Source: an uncultured Acidobacteriota bacterium
GTDB taxonomy: Bacteria; Acidobacteriota; Thermoanaerobaculia; Gp7-AA8
Reading direction: 5' to 3'
Length of the DNA: 64,000 bases
Assembly: GCA_963822445.1 (NCBI GenBank)
Contig: CAWGHO010000002.1
Span: 2,432,001 to 2,496,000 of the forward strand
Shown in pieces: positions 9,886 to 19,544 of this stretch (the first letter of the stretch is position 1; each line of letters begins with the position of its first letter). The translations under genes were made by a program, and so were the position numbers. Below the pieces are notes generated by a model that had not been told where the DNA came from, did not search any database, and worked only from the letters and a program-made list of their open reading frames with translations.

Positions 9886-11057
9886 CGACGATGATCCAGG
9901 AACGCGAGAGCCTCTTTCACGCCCTCGACGCCGCGCCCGTAGTCCCATGTTGCAATGATCTCGCGCGACCGCTGTCCCATCCGTGCGCGCAACTCGTCAT
10001 CCATCAGCGCGTCCAGCGCCCGCGACAGCGCGAGAGGATCGCCGGCCGGGTAAACGAATGCGTTTTCGCCTTCGAGCACGATGTCGCCCAGCGAGCCGCA
10101 GCGGTCGGTGACGACGACCGGCAACCCGCAGGCCATGGCCTCGTTGATCACCGCACCGCGCGGCTCGTAGGTCGAAGGCAGCACGAAGACGTCGCCCATC
10201 GCGTAATGCCGGGGAAGGTCGGCCTGGTTGACGAAGCCGAGGAAGCGGACGTTGAGCTTGTGCTCCTCGGCGAAGTCTTCCAGCGCCTGGCGAAGCTCGC
10301 CGTGTCCGAGAAAGATCACCACCGCGCGCGAGGAGTGCTTCATGTTCGCGACAGCTTTCAGCAGCGTCATCGGATCCTTGCGCTCGACGAGCTTCGCCGA
10401 GAAGACGAACGCGATCATCTCCGGTCCGATCTCGAAGTTCGCTCGCATCGCGTCGCGCTCGCCCGGTGCGAAGCGGCTGCCCTCGATGAACCGCTCGTTG
10501 TCGATCGCCCAGGGCAGGAGGAAAAAGCGGCGACGGTCGGCGCCGTAGTGCTCGTAATACGCGGCGTTCAGCGTTCCGGACACCATGAATCCGCTCGCCA
10601 GGGCGAACACGCCTCGGACGAACCACGCCCGCATCCGCGCGCGGAACGAATCTTCGGCAGGTGGGAAACTACTGTCGCCGTAAAGGAGAAACGGCGTCTC
10701 GCTGGCCCGGCACGCGGCGATTCCCAGCAGCGAGGTGATCGTGCCCCAGCCCAGAAAGAAAATGACGGCGTCGAAGTTGCCGCGGGCAAGGGCGGGGACA
10801 ATCCCGGGATTGATGGCGCGGGTGTAGCCGTCGTCCCAGCCGAAGTTGCGGAGGAAGACGTGGCGGTAGCCTTCGAGCAATTCGATGTCCCACCGCAACG
10901 ACGTCTTCATATCCTCATCGCGATAAACCTCGGCACCCGCAGTCGAACAATAAAAAACCGTGAGGTCGATCGCGGGATCGGCGGCGAGGCGCCTGAAAAA
11001 CGGATCCTGATACTGGATCACGTGCGAGGCGACGATGGCCAGACGATGCCGCTTCAC
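9882..11057 (-). CDS. Glycosyltransferase family 4
   Basis: LAIVASHVIQYQDP, FVLPSTYEPRGAVINEAMACGLPV. GTGA coupling at 11054-11057. Confidence 0.92.
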   Translation of the reverse strand: MKRHRLAIVASHVIQYQDPFFRRLAADPAIDLTVFYCSTAGAEVYRDEDMKTSLRWDIELLEGYRHVFLRNFGWDDGYTRAINPGIVPALARGNFDAVIFFLGWGTITSLLGIAACRASETPFLLYGDSSFPPAEDSFRARMRAWFVRGVFALASGFMVSGTLNAAYYEHYGADRRRFFLLPWAIDNERFIEGSRFAPGERDAMRANFEIGPEMIAFVFSAKLVERKDPMTLLKAVANMKHSSRAVVIFLGHGELRQALEDFAEEHKLNVRFLGFVNQADLPRHYAMGDVFVLPSTYEPRGAVINEAMACGLPVVVTDRCGSLGDIVLEGENAFVYPAGDPLALSRALDALMDDELRARMGQRSREIIATWDYGRGVEGVKEALAFLDHRR

Positions 11058-12205
11058 CGTGCGAGCCTGCTTTCGTAGAAGCTCGTGCACTCGCGAGCCA
11101 CGCGCGTCCATGAGTATTGCCTGGCCGTCGTCGCCGCGGCGACGCTCATTGTTTCCGCGCGTTTCGAATCGCGCGCGATCGCCAGCGCCGCATCCGCGAG
11201 CGCAACCGCGTCGCCGACGGGCACCAGGCAACCGTTGCGGCCATGCTCGATGAGGTCATGCATGCCGCCGGCATCGCTGGCCACGGCGCACAACCCGCGG
11301 CTCATGGCTTCCAGAAACGCCTTTCCGAATCCTTCGAAGAACGAGGGGAAGAGAAAGAGGCCGTGCGCGTCGTAGATCTCGCGCAGGGCGGCCTGCGAGG
11401 TCCAGTGCAGAAGCTCGACGCGCTCGTTCGTGTCGATGCTGAGCAGCGCGCGAACGTCGCCGTGGCTCGCGCGATCGCACACCCAGGTGAAGCGCAGATT
11501 CGAGTCGGCCGCTCCCATCCTGTTCATCGCCTCGGCCGTGATCATCGGCGCTTTCACGAACGCGAACTGTCCGACATGCAGCACGCGGCGCAGGCGTTCC
11601 GCGGTCATCGGCAACGCTGGCGTGGTCACGTAGTCATCGGGCGCGGCCTGGGGGATGACGGCGATTTTCGCGCGATCGACGCGCATCGGTCCCGCGAGGT
11701 AATCGGCATCGAGCGTCGACGAGACGATGTGACCATCCGCCTCGCGAGCGATGAGCCGCGAGTGCCTGGCCAGGAAGGCCGAGAGCACGTTTGACGCGGC
11801 TCGCCGGGCGGCGCCGCGGCGATCGTCGCCGAATCGCTCACGCCACGGCGCCAGAGTCTCCTCGACGTGCAATTCGAGTCCGTGCGAGCGATGGATGAAC
11901 ACCGATCGCGGCGAAAGTCGATGCACCGCACGCGCGGCGCGAAATCCGTGCGGCTGGTTGACGTGCACGACGTCGTACGCCTTTTTCTGCAGCGCGCGAA
12001 TGGCGGCCCGTTCGTACGTGCGAGGCAGCTCGAGCAGCAGATGAAGATTGCCGTGCGCGATCTTGCGGCCGAGGTCGTCGGCCCAGATGTCGTCGACCTC
12101 GTGCCCCAGCCCCCGCAAAGCCCGTGCGGTCTGCACCTCGGTACCGGCAGCACCGCGATCGGGATCGGCGGGCGTGTCGGCCATCATCAGAATGCGGAGG
12201 GGCAT
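11054..12205 (-). CDS. Glycosyltransferase family 4
   Basis: FLFPSFFEGFGKAFLEAMSRG; N-terminus LRILMMAD. Confidence 0.9.
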   Translation of the reverse strand: MPLRILMMADTPADPDRGAAGTEVQTARALRGLGHEVDDIWADDLGRKIAHGNLHLLLELPRTYERAAIRALQKKAYDVVHVNQPHGFRAARAVHRLSPRSVFIHRSHGLELHVEETLAPWRERFGDDRRGAARRAASNVLSAFLARHSRLIAREADGHIVSSTLDADYLAGPMRVDRAKIAVIPQAAPDDYVTTPALPMTAERLRRVLHVGQFAFVKAPMITAEAMNRMGAADSNLRFTWVCDRASHGDVRALLSIDTNERVELLHWTSQAALREIYDAHGLFLFPSFFEGFGKAFLEAMSRGLCAVASDAGGMHDLIEHGRNGCLVPVGDAVALADAALAIARDSKRAETMSVAAATTARQYSWTRVARECTSFYESRLAR

Positions 12206-12226
12206 CGCGCAGATCTTATGTCGCCA

Positions 12227-13117
12227 CTAAAAGAACGACTGAATGAGACGCATCCAGGCCCGGAGCGAAAGCGGCGATGCGGCGATGGCTTCGCGGAAAT
12301 AACGGCGCGCACGCGGGTCCCCGTTGCGGCGCAACGCTTCGCCGATGAAGTACAGGCCCGCTGCGGGGTTCGCGGTACCGACCGTTTTCCCGATTGCACG
12401 CGCGGCCATCAAAATCGCCTCTTCCGATTCACCACGCTGACGCGCCTTCATCGCCTGTTCCGAGAGCGAAGCGAGACGCATCTGCGTGTCGCGCGCCGCG
12501 GTGCTGATGCTTCCCGGGGTGATGCGCGCGCGATAAAGGACGTCGGGCACAGTCTGAAACGTGCCGATGGCGGCCATCCGGAACCAGAGATCGAAATCCT
12601 GGCCGTAATAGAACGTGTTGCGATAGCCGCCGGCGCGCAGGTAGGCATCGCGGCGGAACATGACCGAGCCGTGATGGGTCGGCCCGTCGAGCAGCTTCTC
12701 TCCTTCGAGAATTACGCGCGGCGCATCCTCGGCGATCCGCTCGCCGCGCATGATCCACAGCGGCTCGAGCTCGGGGCCGACGTATTCGGTCCAGCAGGAG
12801 ACGAACGTCGCGCCGGCGTCGAGCAGCGCGGCCTGTTTCTCGAAACGCGAAGGAAGGGACGTGTCACCGGCGTCGTGTCGGGCGATGTACTCGCCTTTGG
12901 CGGCCGCGCATCCTTCGATCAGCGACCTGGTGAGGCCGCGATTCTGTTCGTGGCGGATGATGCGGACGCGTGGGTCGGCGATTGCGATCGGAACGGTGGA
13001 TCCGTCGTCGACGACGATCAGCTCGAAATCGTTGAAGGTCTGGCCGAGGATCGAGTCGAGTGTTTCGCGCAACTCCGGCCCGGCGTTGTAGACGCCCATG
13101 ACGACGGAGATCTTCAT
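12227..13117 (-). CDS. Glycosyltransferase family 2
   Basis: KISVVMGVYN, IVVDDGST, YIARHDAGD, GQDFDLW. Confidence 0.9.
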   Translation of the reverse strand: MKISVVMGVYNAGPELRETLDSILGQTFNDFELIVVDDGSTVPIAIADPRVRIIRHEQNRGLTRSLIEGCAAAKGEYIARHDAGDTSLPSRFEKQAALLDAGATFVSCWTEYVGPELEPLWIMRGERIAEDAPRVILEGEKLLDGPTHHGSVMFRRDAYLRAGGYRNTFYYGQDFDLWFRMAAIGTFQTVPDVLYRARITPGSISTAARDTQMRLASLSEQAMKARQRGESEEAILMAARAIGKTVGTANPAAGLYFIGEALRRNGDPRARRYFREAIAASPLSLRAWMRLIQSFF

Positions 13118-14055
13118 CGCAGGCGATCCGAGAGGCAGGCCAGCTTGCCGGTGTTCGACCAGCCCAGAATCGCGGCTGCGGCGCGGTAGGCGCGGAACTG
13201 CAGCGCGCTCGCATTCATCGACGCCTCGCGTGCGAGCTCGAAGAGCATGCGCGACTCATCGGCCAGCCCCGCCGCGCCGGCCTGTCGCGAGAGCAGGAAC
13301 AGCTCGCGCGCGAAGTGCTGCATCTCCGGCGTGTCCGCGGCGATGCCGGCCCGTTTCGCATGTTCGTAGATCCGCGCATGGGCACGGGCGCGGTCGCGCA
13401 AGACCGCCGGCACGTGTCCGATGCGCGAGAGGCGCGGCTCGCCGTGCATGCGCACCTCGCAGACCCAGTCCTCGACGTAATGCAGACGCACGCCGGTCGC
13501 GGCGATCCGCGCGTCGTACTCCCAATCCTCTTCGTTCCGCAGATCGAGCCACGGGCCGGCCGCGTGAATGAGCGACGCGCGCCACAACGGCGTCGGCGTG
13601 TCCCACCAGCGCGACTGGAGCATGGCCGGAAAGAGCGTCTCGATGCGCTCACCGGTTCGCTTCGAGATCGCGCCGTCGATCTTCGTCCAGCCGTACGACG
13701 CGCCACGTTCCGGATGTTCGCGCAGACCGGTCACCTGCAGCTCGAACTTCCGCGGCAGCAGCAGATCGTCGCTGTCGAGATGCTGAATGAACTCGCCGCC
13801 GGCGAGTTTCCGGCCGGCCTCGCGGGCCAGACCGACGCCGCGATTTTCCTGATGAATGACCCGCACTTCGGGATGGTTCGCAGCCAGCGCGTCGGCAATC
13901 GACGGGGTGTCGTCGGTCGAGCCGTCGTCGATCACGATCACTTCGATCGGACGCCACGTCTGCGCCAGCACGCTCGCGACCGCTTCGCTCAGCATCGCGC
14001 CGCGGTTGAACACCGGGATGATCGTCGTGACGAGGCCGGGCTGCACGGAAGCCAT
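13114..14055 (-). CDS. Glycosyltransferase family 2
   Basis: VTTIIPVFNR, VIDDGSTDDT, QHLDSDD, EEDWEYD. Confidence 0.9.
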   Translation of the reverse strand: MASVQPGLVTTIIPVFNRGAMLSEAVASVLAQTWRPIEVIVIDDGSTDDTPSIADALAANHPEVRVIHQENRGVGLAREAGRKLAGGEFIQHLDSDDLLLPRKFELQVTGLREHPERGASYGWTKIDGAISKRTGERIETLFPAMLQSRWWDTPTPLWRASLIHAAGPWLDLRNEEDWEYDARIAATGVRLHYVEDWVCEVRMHGEPRLSRIGHVPAVLRDRARAHARIYEHAKRAGIAADTPEMQHFARELFLLSRQAGAAGLADESRMLFELAREASMNASALQFRAYRAAAAILGWSNTGKLACLSDRLR

Positions 14056-14075
14056 TGTCTACAATTACGTAGACA
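14056..14075. promoter_or_regulatory. Palindromic divergent spacer TGTCTAC-N6-GTAGACA (putative operator / bidirectional promoter)
   Basis: Perfect 7-bp inverted repeat filling 20 of the 21 bp between ATG 14055 (-) and ATG 14077 (+); contains TACAAT at 14060-14065. Confidence 0.5.
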
Positions 14076-14076
14076 G

Positions 14077-15027
14077 ATGCCGTCGATCAGAAAGAGGCTG
14101 CGGACGATCGCCGGCGCGCTGGTGTACGACGCGCCGCGGTTCGAGCGGCACCTCCGCGGACGCTGGGAGCTGATCCGCAATCGCAACGAACAGATCACCG
14201 TCGAAGGCCGCGGCGTGCGCTGCGACTGGCAGTGGACGTCGAACCTCCACTACTGCGACGTCTTTCCGCGAGCAGGCCGGCGGCTCATGCGTCGGACGCT
14301 TCGCGACTGGCCGATCGTGAGCGCCGATCAACCCGTATCGCCCGGAACACCGGTGGTGACGTTCATCGTCGGCCACCGCGGCTCGGCGCGTCTGCCTCAT
14401 CTCCTGGACACGCTGCGCAGCATCGCCGGACAGGACATTCCCAGCGAATGCATCGTCGTGGAGCAATCGGTTTCGCTCTCGGAGCTTCCGGCCTGGGTCA
14501 GACAGGTGCACATGAAAGTGGGCAGCGACTCCGAGCCGTACAACCGGAGCTCGGCGTTCAATTTCGGCGTTCCCCACGCCCGCGGCCGCGTGCTCGTGTT
14601 TCACGACAACGACATGCTCGTGCCGGCCGCGTACGCGCGGGAGATCGTCCGCCACGTCGACGAAGGTTGGGAAGCCGTCGACCTGAAGCGCTTCATCTTC
14701 TATCTCGACGAACAGGGCGCGCCCGATTACGTGATGCAGAACAACCACGGCGGAAGCGTGGCCATCACGCCCGAGGCTTTCGAGGCGATCGGGAGGTTCG
14801 ACGAGGGATTTGTCGGCTGGGGCGGCGAGGACAACGATTTCTGGGATCGCGCCGAAACGCGCCGGGCCACCCGCTTCGGCTACCTGCCCATCGTCCACCG
14901 CTGGCATCCCATGCAGCCCGCGCGCGGCGGAGTGCAGCGCTATCACGACGAGATCGCGAAGCAGCCGCCGGAAGAGCGGATCAGGCGCCTCTTATCGGTG
15001 CAGCAGAAACCGTTTGATCCGCGATAG
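14077..15027 (+). CDS. GT2 / galactosyltransferase C-terminal (GT7C-like) domain protein
   Basis: YNRSSAFNFG, VFHDNDML, FDEGFVGWGGEDNDF, HRWHP. Start trimmed to ATG 14077. Confidence 0.82.
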   Translation: MPSIRKRLRTIAGALVYDAPRFERHLRGRWELIRNRNEQITVEGRGVRCDWQWTSNLHYCDVFPRAGRRLMRRTLRDWPIVSADQPVSPGTPVVTFIVGHRGSARLPHLLDTLRSIAGQDIPSECIVVEQSVSLSELPAWVRQVHMKVGSDSEPYNRSSAFNFGVPHARGRVLVFHDNDMLVPAAYAREIVRHVDEGWEAVDLKRFIFYLDEQGAPDYVMQNNHGGSVAITPEAFEAIGRFDEGFVGWGGEDNDFWDRAETRRATRFGYLPIVHRWHPMQPARGGVQRYHDEIAKQPPEERIRRLLSVQQKPFDPR

Positions 15028-15909
15028 CGCGCGCCAGATCGGATAGCGCCCCGGAAACCAGTCCTTCCGCGAGCGGATGTCGGGATTGCGCAAGACCGCG
15101 GGATCGATGAGCGCCGATCGATACAGCGCAAACGTCCGCGGGATCCACTGATGCTCCGGCGTGTAGTGGTAGCGCACGTTCATCACGCCAACGCGCGCGT
15201 GGCGGCGAATAGCCGGATCCTTGTCGTTCAGGTAGGGCTCGACGGCTTTCGTCCAGTCGCGAATGATCTTCGCGCCGCTCGCGTCGCGCTGCTCCTCGTG
15301 ACGGCGGTAACGCGAGACGACGATGTCGACCTTGCGCACGGGAAACAGCCGGGCGATGCGCAGGTAGAACTCGGCATCGGCCGCGTAACTGATGTCCTCC
15401 CGCCACCCACCCACCGCCCGAGCCGCCTCGGCACGAAAGAACGCCGACGCCTGGGGGACGAACGAAAACTTGGCGAGATAGGCGAGGAGATCGAACTGCG
15501 GCAGGTTCGTCGGCCTGCCGCTCGGGCGCGACTGCGAGTCGACATCCTCGTAATCCCCGTAGATCAAACCAGCCTCGGGATACCGCTCGAATGCTTCGAC
15601 CATCGCCTGGACCGCGCCGGGGACGAAGAAGTCGTCCGAGCTCTGGATCATCAGGATCTCGCCGCGGGCCTCGCGCAGCCCTTTGTTCACGGCATCGACC
15701 ACGCCGGCATCGCGCTCCGACCACCAGCGCAGCTCGGGCCTCTCACCGTACGACTTCAACACGTCCACGGTCTCGTCGGTCGACGCGCCGTCCATCACGA
15801 TCAGCTCGAGCGGCCGGTAGTCCTGCGAAAGCGCGGAGTCGATCGTTTCGCGGATGTACCGCCCCTGGTTGTAGCTGGGGACGATGATCGAGACGAGAGG
15901 CGCGGTCAT
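14992..15909 (-). CDS. Glycosyltransferase family 2 (WfgS-like)
   Basis: VSIIVPSYNQGRYI, MDGASTDET, IQSSDD, ADAEFYLR. Confidence 0.9.
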   Translation of the reverse strand: MTAPLVSIIVPSYNQGRYIRETIDSALSQDYRPLELIVMDGASTDETVDVLKSYGERPELRWWSERDAGVVDAVNKGLREARGEILMIQSSDDFFVPGAVQAMVEAFERYPEAGLIYGDYEDVDSQSRPSGRPTNLPQFDLLAYLAKFSFVPQASAFFRAEAARAVGGWREDISYAADAEFYLRIARLFPVRKVDIVVSRYRRHEEQRDASGAKIIRDWTKAVEPYLNDKDPAIRRHARVGVMNVRYHYTPEHQWIPRTFALYRSALIDPAVLRNPDIRSRKDWFPGRYPIWRALSRIKRFLLHR

Positions 15910-15913
15910 GTCG

Positions 15914-17041
15914 TCAGCCGATCAGCGCAACCGCATCGAGCCAGGCCCGCATGTTCGCGGCGGTGTCGCGCAGAAAATCGCCGCCGCCTTCATCCCAGAC
16001 GAAGCCGCGCATCGTCGAGGCCTTCTCTTCGAGCGCATCGGCAAGCGATGCGTACAGCGTCGCGTAGGAGCCCGATTCGAGCTGCAGTTCCTGCAGCCAC
16101 GGCAGGATGTCCTCCAGTAGGACCATGCCGGCCAGCTCGTGGTAGAGGTCTTTGAAGAGGTTGTGCGGCGTGCGCCGGTGATCGGCGATGGGCGTTCCGA
16201 TGCGGATGCCCGCGCCGCGCGTCTTCACCGCCTTCTGCAGCAGATAGCCGCTGAGGATGTCCCCGTAGCGATCGATGCGCAGCCCGCCGAGCGAGAAGCC
16301 CATGCGAACGTAGTAATACGCGGCGATGGCCTCGCGGATGACCGCGGTGTTCTGCGTGTTGATCGGCGTCCAGGTGTTCCTGCCGAGGAGGATGCTGTCG
16401 CCGCGGAAGGCGGAGATGTGTGGGCCGAGGGTGAGACGGGTCATCGCGTCGACGTCGGGATCGCTCAACCAGAGCCCGACGTTGATCGCGACGTCGGCAG
16501 TGGCCTCGGCGCGCGACAGCTCGCGGTTCGTGCGCCGTGCGTAGTAGGGAAAGCCGCGCGGAAAGATGTCCGAGGCGACGTTCGACTCGAGCATGTCGCA
16601 CAGGTTGATCCACCCGTCGCTCGTCGAAACTTCGGGCAACGTGACGCTCGAGCCCGCGGCGAGATGCTCGCTCACGAAGTCGGAGTCATCGAGGACGTAG
16701 TTGTCGTCGTCGATGGTGATCATCACGTCCGCGCCGCGCTCGAGAGCCATCAGGAACCCGATGTTGCGGCGGTTGTCGCTGTCGTACGGAACGCGGCCGG
16801 CGAGCGCGCCGAAGCGGGAGAGAAATTGCTCCTGTTCCTCGAGGGTCGGGCAGATCACCTGGCGGCCGTGCTGCGCGTGATACGAGCAGCGCTCGTACAC
16901 GGACGGCGGCGTCTTGCGGTCGATGATGACGATGATCCCGGTATCGTCGTGGCCATGCGTTTCGAGGTTCTGGACGTATCCATCGAGAAAGCGGGGCTCG
17001 AAGATCGTCGTGACGACGATGTCGACGCGCCGGCGGCTCAT
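15914..17041 (-). CDS. GT75-like protein (reversibly glycosylated polypeptide / UDP-arabinopyranose mutase / STELLO-related)
   Basis: RRNIGFL, ITIDDDN, FPRGFPY, GLWLSDPDVDA, NTQNTA, RYGDILSGY and HNLFKDL match the conserved blocks I recall for RGP-type proteins. Alternative start is TTG 17074. Confidence 0.7.
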   Translation of the reverse strand: MSRRRVDIVVTTIFEPRFLDGYVQNLETHGHDDTGIIVIIDRKTPPSVYERCSYHAQHGRQVICPTLEEQEQFLSRFGALAGRVPYDSDNRRNIGFLMALERGADVMITIDDDNYVLDDSDFVSEHLAAGSSVTLPEVSTSDGWINLCDMLESNVASDIFPRGFPYYARRTNRELSRAEATADVAINVGLWLSDPDVDAMTRLTLGPHISAFRGDSILLGRNTWTPINTQNTAVIREAIAAYYYVRMGFSLGGLRIDRYGDILSGYLLQKAVKTRGAGIRIGTPIADHRRTPHNLFKDLYHELAGMVLLEDILPWLQELQLESGSYATLYASLADALEEKASTMRGFVWDEGGGDFLRDTAANMRAWLDAVALIG

Positions 17042-17070
17042 GTGTGGCTCTCGTTCATACGTTGAGGAAA

Positions 17071-18309
17071 TCAACCTTCCGCGAGGCGGTAGAGCGTCTC
17101 GATTTCGATGGCAGTGAGTGACCGCGTAGCGATGTTGAACAGCTCCGCCGCCGTGGCCCCACGGTCAATGGCCGCGGCGATCTCGGTTGCCATTGCATCC
17201 GGCGTGCGCGGAGCGCTGGTGACTTCTTCGAGCAACTGCCGCAGGCGCGGCGACCAGGCGCTCGCGCTGATCGCGTCGATCTTCGAGGTGAGATCGGGCG
17301 TCTGCTTCAGCGCCAGGAGCTCGTTCAACACGTCGGCATGCGGTCGTGCTGGCACACCCCGTCCGCTGAAATTCGTGGTCTGAAACTGATCGAAGTTTTC
17401 CGCGGTGACGAGGCCGTGGATGTCGCGATAGCCGGTGAGGATGGCCGGTCGACATTCCGCGATCGCTTCGAGAATCACGCGGCCCATGCCCATGACCACG
17501 TCCGACTTGCGGATTTCCGCGCGTGCGTCGGCGGTCCATCCGATGAAGTGAATGCGCGGCATGGTGCGCACGAAGGCGAGGCCCTGTCCGAACGACCAGC
17601 GCGCGCCGAGCTGGCGAAAAGCAGCGCGAATCGATCGCACGGTCGTCCCGGCGTAATTCAGCTCACCGTCGGCGATCACCAGCGTGCAGCCGGCGACCCG
17701 GCGGGCGTACCGCGCGAAAAACAGCGCGGCCTCGCGGATGTGCTCGAGCTTGTCCCGCCGGGTGAGGAGGACGAAGCGGCGTGGCGGGAAGCGCACGGGT
17801 GGCGGAGGCATCGCGCCGAGGGTGATCGTGTTCGGCAGCAGCCGCGCGTCCACGTTTGCGTGCAGGGAACGGATGCCGTCCAGAATCTCCTCGCTCACTC
17901 CGGTAACGATGCCGCCGCGGTGGATCGCCAGAGTCATCCCCAGGGCCTGCATCAGATCGTTCGAACGATTCGCGCCGATCAGCGGTCCGTGAAAGGACGT
18001 CAGCAGCGGAATGCCGTGAATCCGCGACAGCAGCCACGCCGGGAGAACCTCGTAGTGGTGGGCCCAGATCAGCGACGGCGTCGTGCGGCGAATGAGCTCG
18101 CCGCCGCGCTCGAGCCAGGACGCCCAGCGCTTTCCGTAGCCTTCCGTGCCGCATTCGACGATCTCTTCGAAGCGGTTCAACCAGGGCACGTGTTTGTCGG
18201 TGACCGATGCCAGCAGCGCGGCCGGCTCGCCGAGTTGCGCGAGCCATGTGTCGATGTAGGTCTCGCGGCCGCCGAGCCAGAAGTTGTTCGTGGCGACGAC
18301 GATCTTCAT
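17071..18309 (-). CDS. Divergent GT-B (GT4-like) glycosyltransferase
   Basis: MKIVVATNNFWLGGRETY; DVVMGMGRVILEAIAECRP. ATGA coupling with wzt. Confidence 0.7.
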   Translation of the reverse strand: MKIVVATNNFWLGGRETYIDTWLAQLGEPAALLASVTDKHVPWLNRFEEIVECGTEGYGKRWASWLERGGELIRRTTPSLIWAHHYEVLPAWLLSRIHGIPLLTSFHGPLIGANRSNDLMQALGMTLAIHRGGIVTGVSEEILDGIRSLHANVDARLLPNTITLGAMPPPPVRFPPRRFVLLTRRDKLEHIREAALFFARYARRVAGCTLVIADGELNYAGTTVRSIRAAFRQLGARWSFGQGLAFVRTMPRIHFIGWTADARAEIRKSDVVMGMGRVILEAIAECRPAILTGYRDIHGLVTAENFDQFQTTNFSGRGVPARPHADVLNELLALKQTPDLTSKIDAISASAWSPRLRQLLEEVTSAPRTPDAMATEIAAAIDRGATAAELFNIATRSLTAIEIETLYRLAEG

Positions 18310-19544
18310 CCCGCCACCGGCTGCTTCACCCATTCGAGGAGCGGAGCGATCTTGCCCTGGCGCTCGCCGTGGCCGAGGAGGCTGTTCTGCTCGCTGACGG
18401 CGAAGGAGACCACGTTCGCGCGCAGGCGGTCGTGCGTGATGACCGGCTCGAGAATCGACAGGAAGTAACGCCCCGGCGCGAGGAGGTTGCCGGGGATCCG
18501 GCAGCGGAACGTCTGCCGGCCGATCTGCCATTCGTGATTGGCCTGACGCATGCCGTCGGCACTGGACGAAGTCAGCAGCACTTCGCCGAGGTCGTTCATC
18601 ACCCGCACTTCGAGATGGCCGGGCGGGAGCCACTCATGAATGGTGAAGTCGAACACCACGTCGATGGGTGTGTCGGCCGCGATTGCTTCGTTGGCCTCAC
18701 CTCTTTTTTCCGCCGTGTTCTCGGCGACGACCGACACCGAGTGAATTTCCAGCGGCGTCGTTCGTGGCTCGCGCGGAATCCAGATCAGATCGTTCTGAAT
18801 CCCTTCGGAGAGGTAGCGGCCGAGAATCTGATTCGTCGGTCCGTGCGCGGCGAGCTGGCCGTCCTTCAGCCAGATCACGGTCTGGCAGAGACTGGCGATG
18901 GTGGACATGTTGTGGCTGACCACGATCACCGTTTTTCCGGCGTCGTGAATGCCGCGCATCTTGTTCAGGCACTTCTGCTGGAAGGCGGTGTCGCCGACGC
19001 CGAGGACTTCATCGACGATGAGGATGTCCGGATCGAGATGCGCCGCGACGGCGAAGGCGAGACGCACGTACATGCCGGACGAGTAACGCTTCACCGGCGT
19101 CTCGAGGAACTTCTCGATCTCCGCGAATTGCACGATCTCGTCGAACTTGCGGCGCGTTTCGGCGCGGCTCATGCCGAGGATCGCGCCGTTGAGGTGGATG
19201 TTCTCGCGGCCGGTCAGCTCGGGATGAAAGCCGACGCCCACTTCGAGGAGACTGGCCACGCGGCCGCGCAGGTGGGCTTCGCCTTCGGTCGGCTCGGTGA
19301 TGTGGCTGAGGAGCTTGAGGAAGGTCGACTTGCCCGCGCCGTTGCGCCCGATCAGGCCGACCACGTCCCCTTCGCCGATGCGCACGGAGATGTTGCGCAG
19401 CGCCCAGAAGTCGGTCGAGTTGTCGCCGGTCCTGGTGAAGATGTTGCGCAGGGCCATGGCCAGGCGCTCGCGCAGGACGTTGGCGCGATAGCCGCCGATG
19501 CGGTAGCGCTTGCCGAGGTCGAACGTCTCGATCATCGCCGTCAT
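18306..19544 (-). CDS. wzt: Polysaccharide ABC exporter ATP-binding subunit with Wzt C-terminal domain
   Basis: GRNGAGKST, FHPELTGRENI, YSSGMYVRLAF, DEVLGVGD, plus an Ig-like C-terminal extension. Confidence 0.93.
   Translation of the reverse strand: MTAMIETFDLGKRYRIGGYRANVLRERLAMALRNIFTRTGDNSTDFWALRNISVRIGEGDVVGLIGRNGAGKSTFLKLLSHITEPTEGEAHLRGRVASLLEVGVGFHPELTGRENIHLNGAILGMSRAETRRKFDEIVQFAEIEKFLETPVKRYSSGMYVRLAFAVAAHLDPDILIVDEVLGVGDTAFQQKCLNKMRGIHDAGKTVIVVSHNMSTIASLCQTVIWLKDGQLAAHGPTNQILGRYLSEGIQNDLIWIPREPRTTPLEIHSVSVVAENTAEKRGEANEAIAADTPIDVVFDFTIHEWLPPGHLEVRVMNDLGEVLLTSSSADGMRQANHEWQIGRQTFRCRIPGNLLAPGRYFLSILEPVITHDRLRANVVSFAVSEQNSLLGHGERQGKIAPLLEWVKQPVAG

Noticed and set aside
13315-14076. 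Long N-terminal extensions in the ORF track (e.g. 13315, 20069, 18633, 11231, 54880)
   Set aside because: They overlap neighbouring genes; family-typical N-termini and coupled starts lie downstream.
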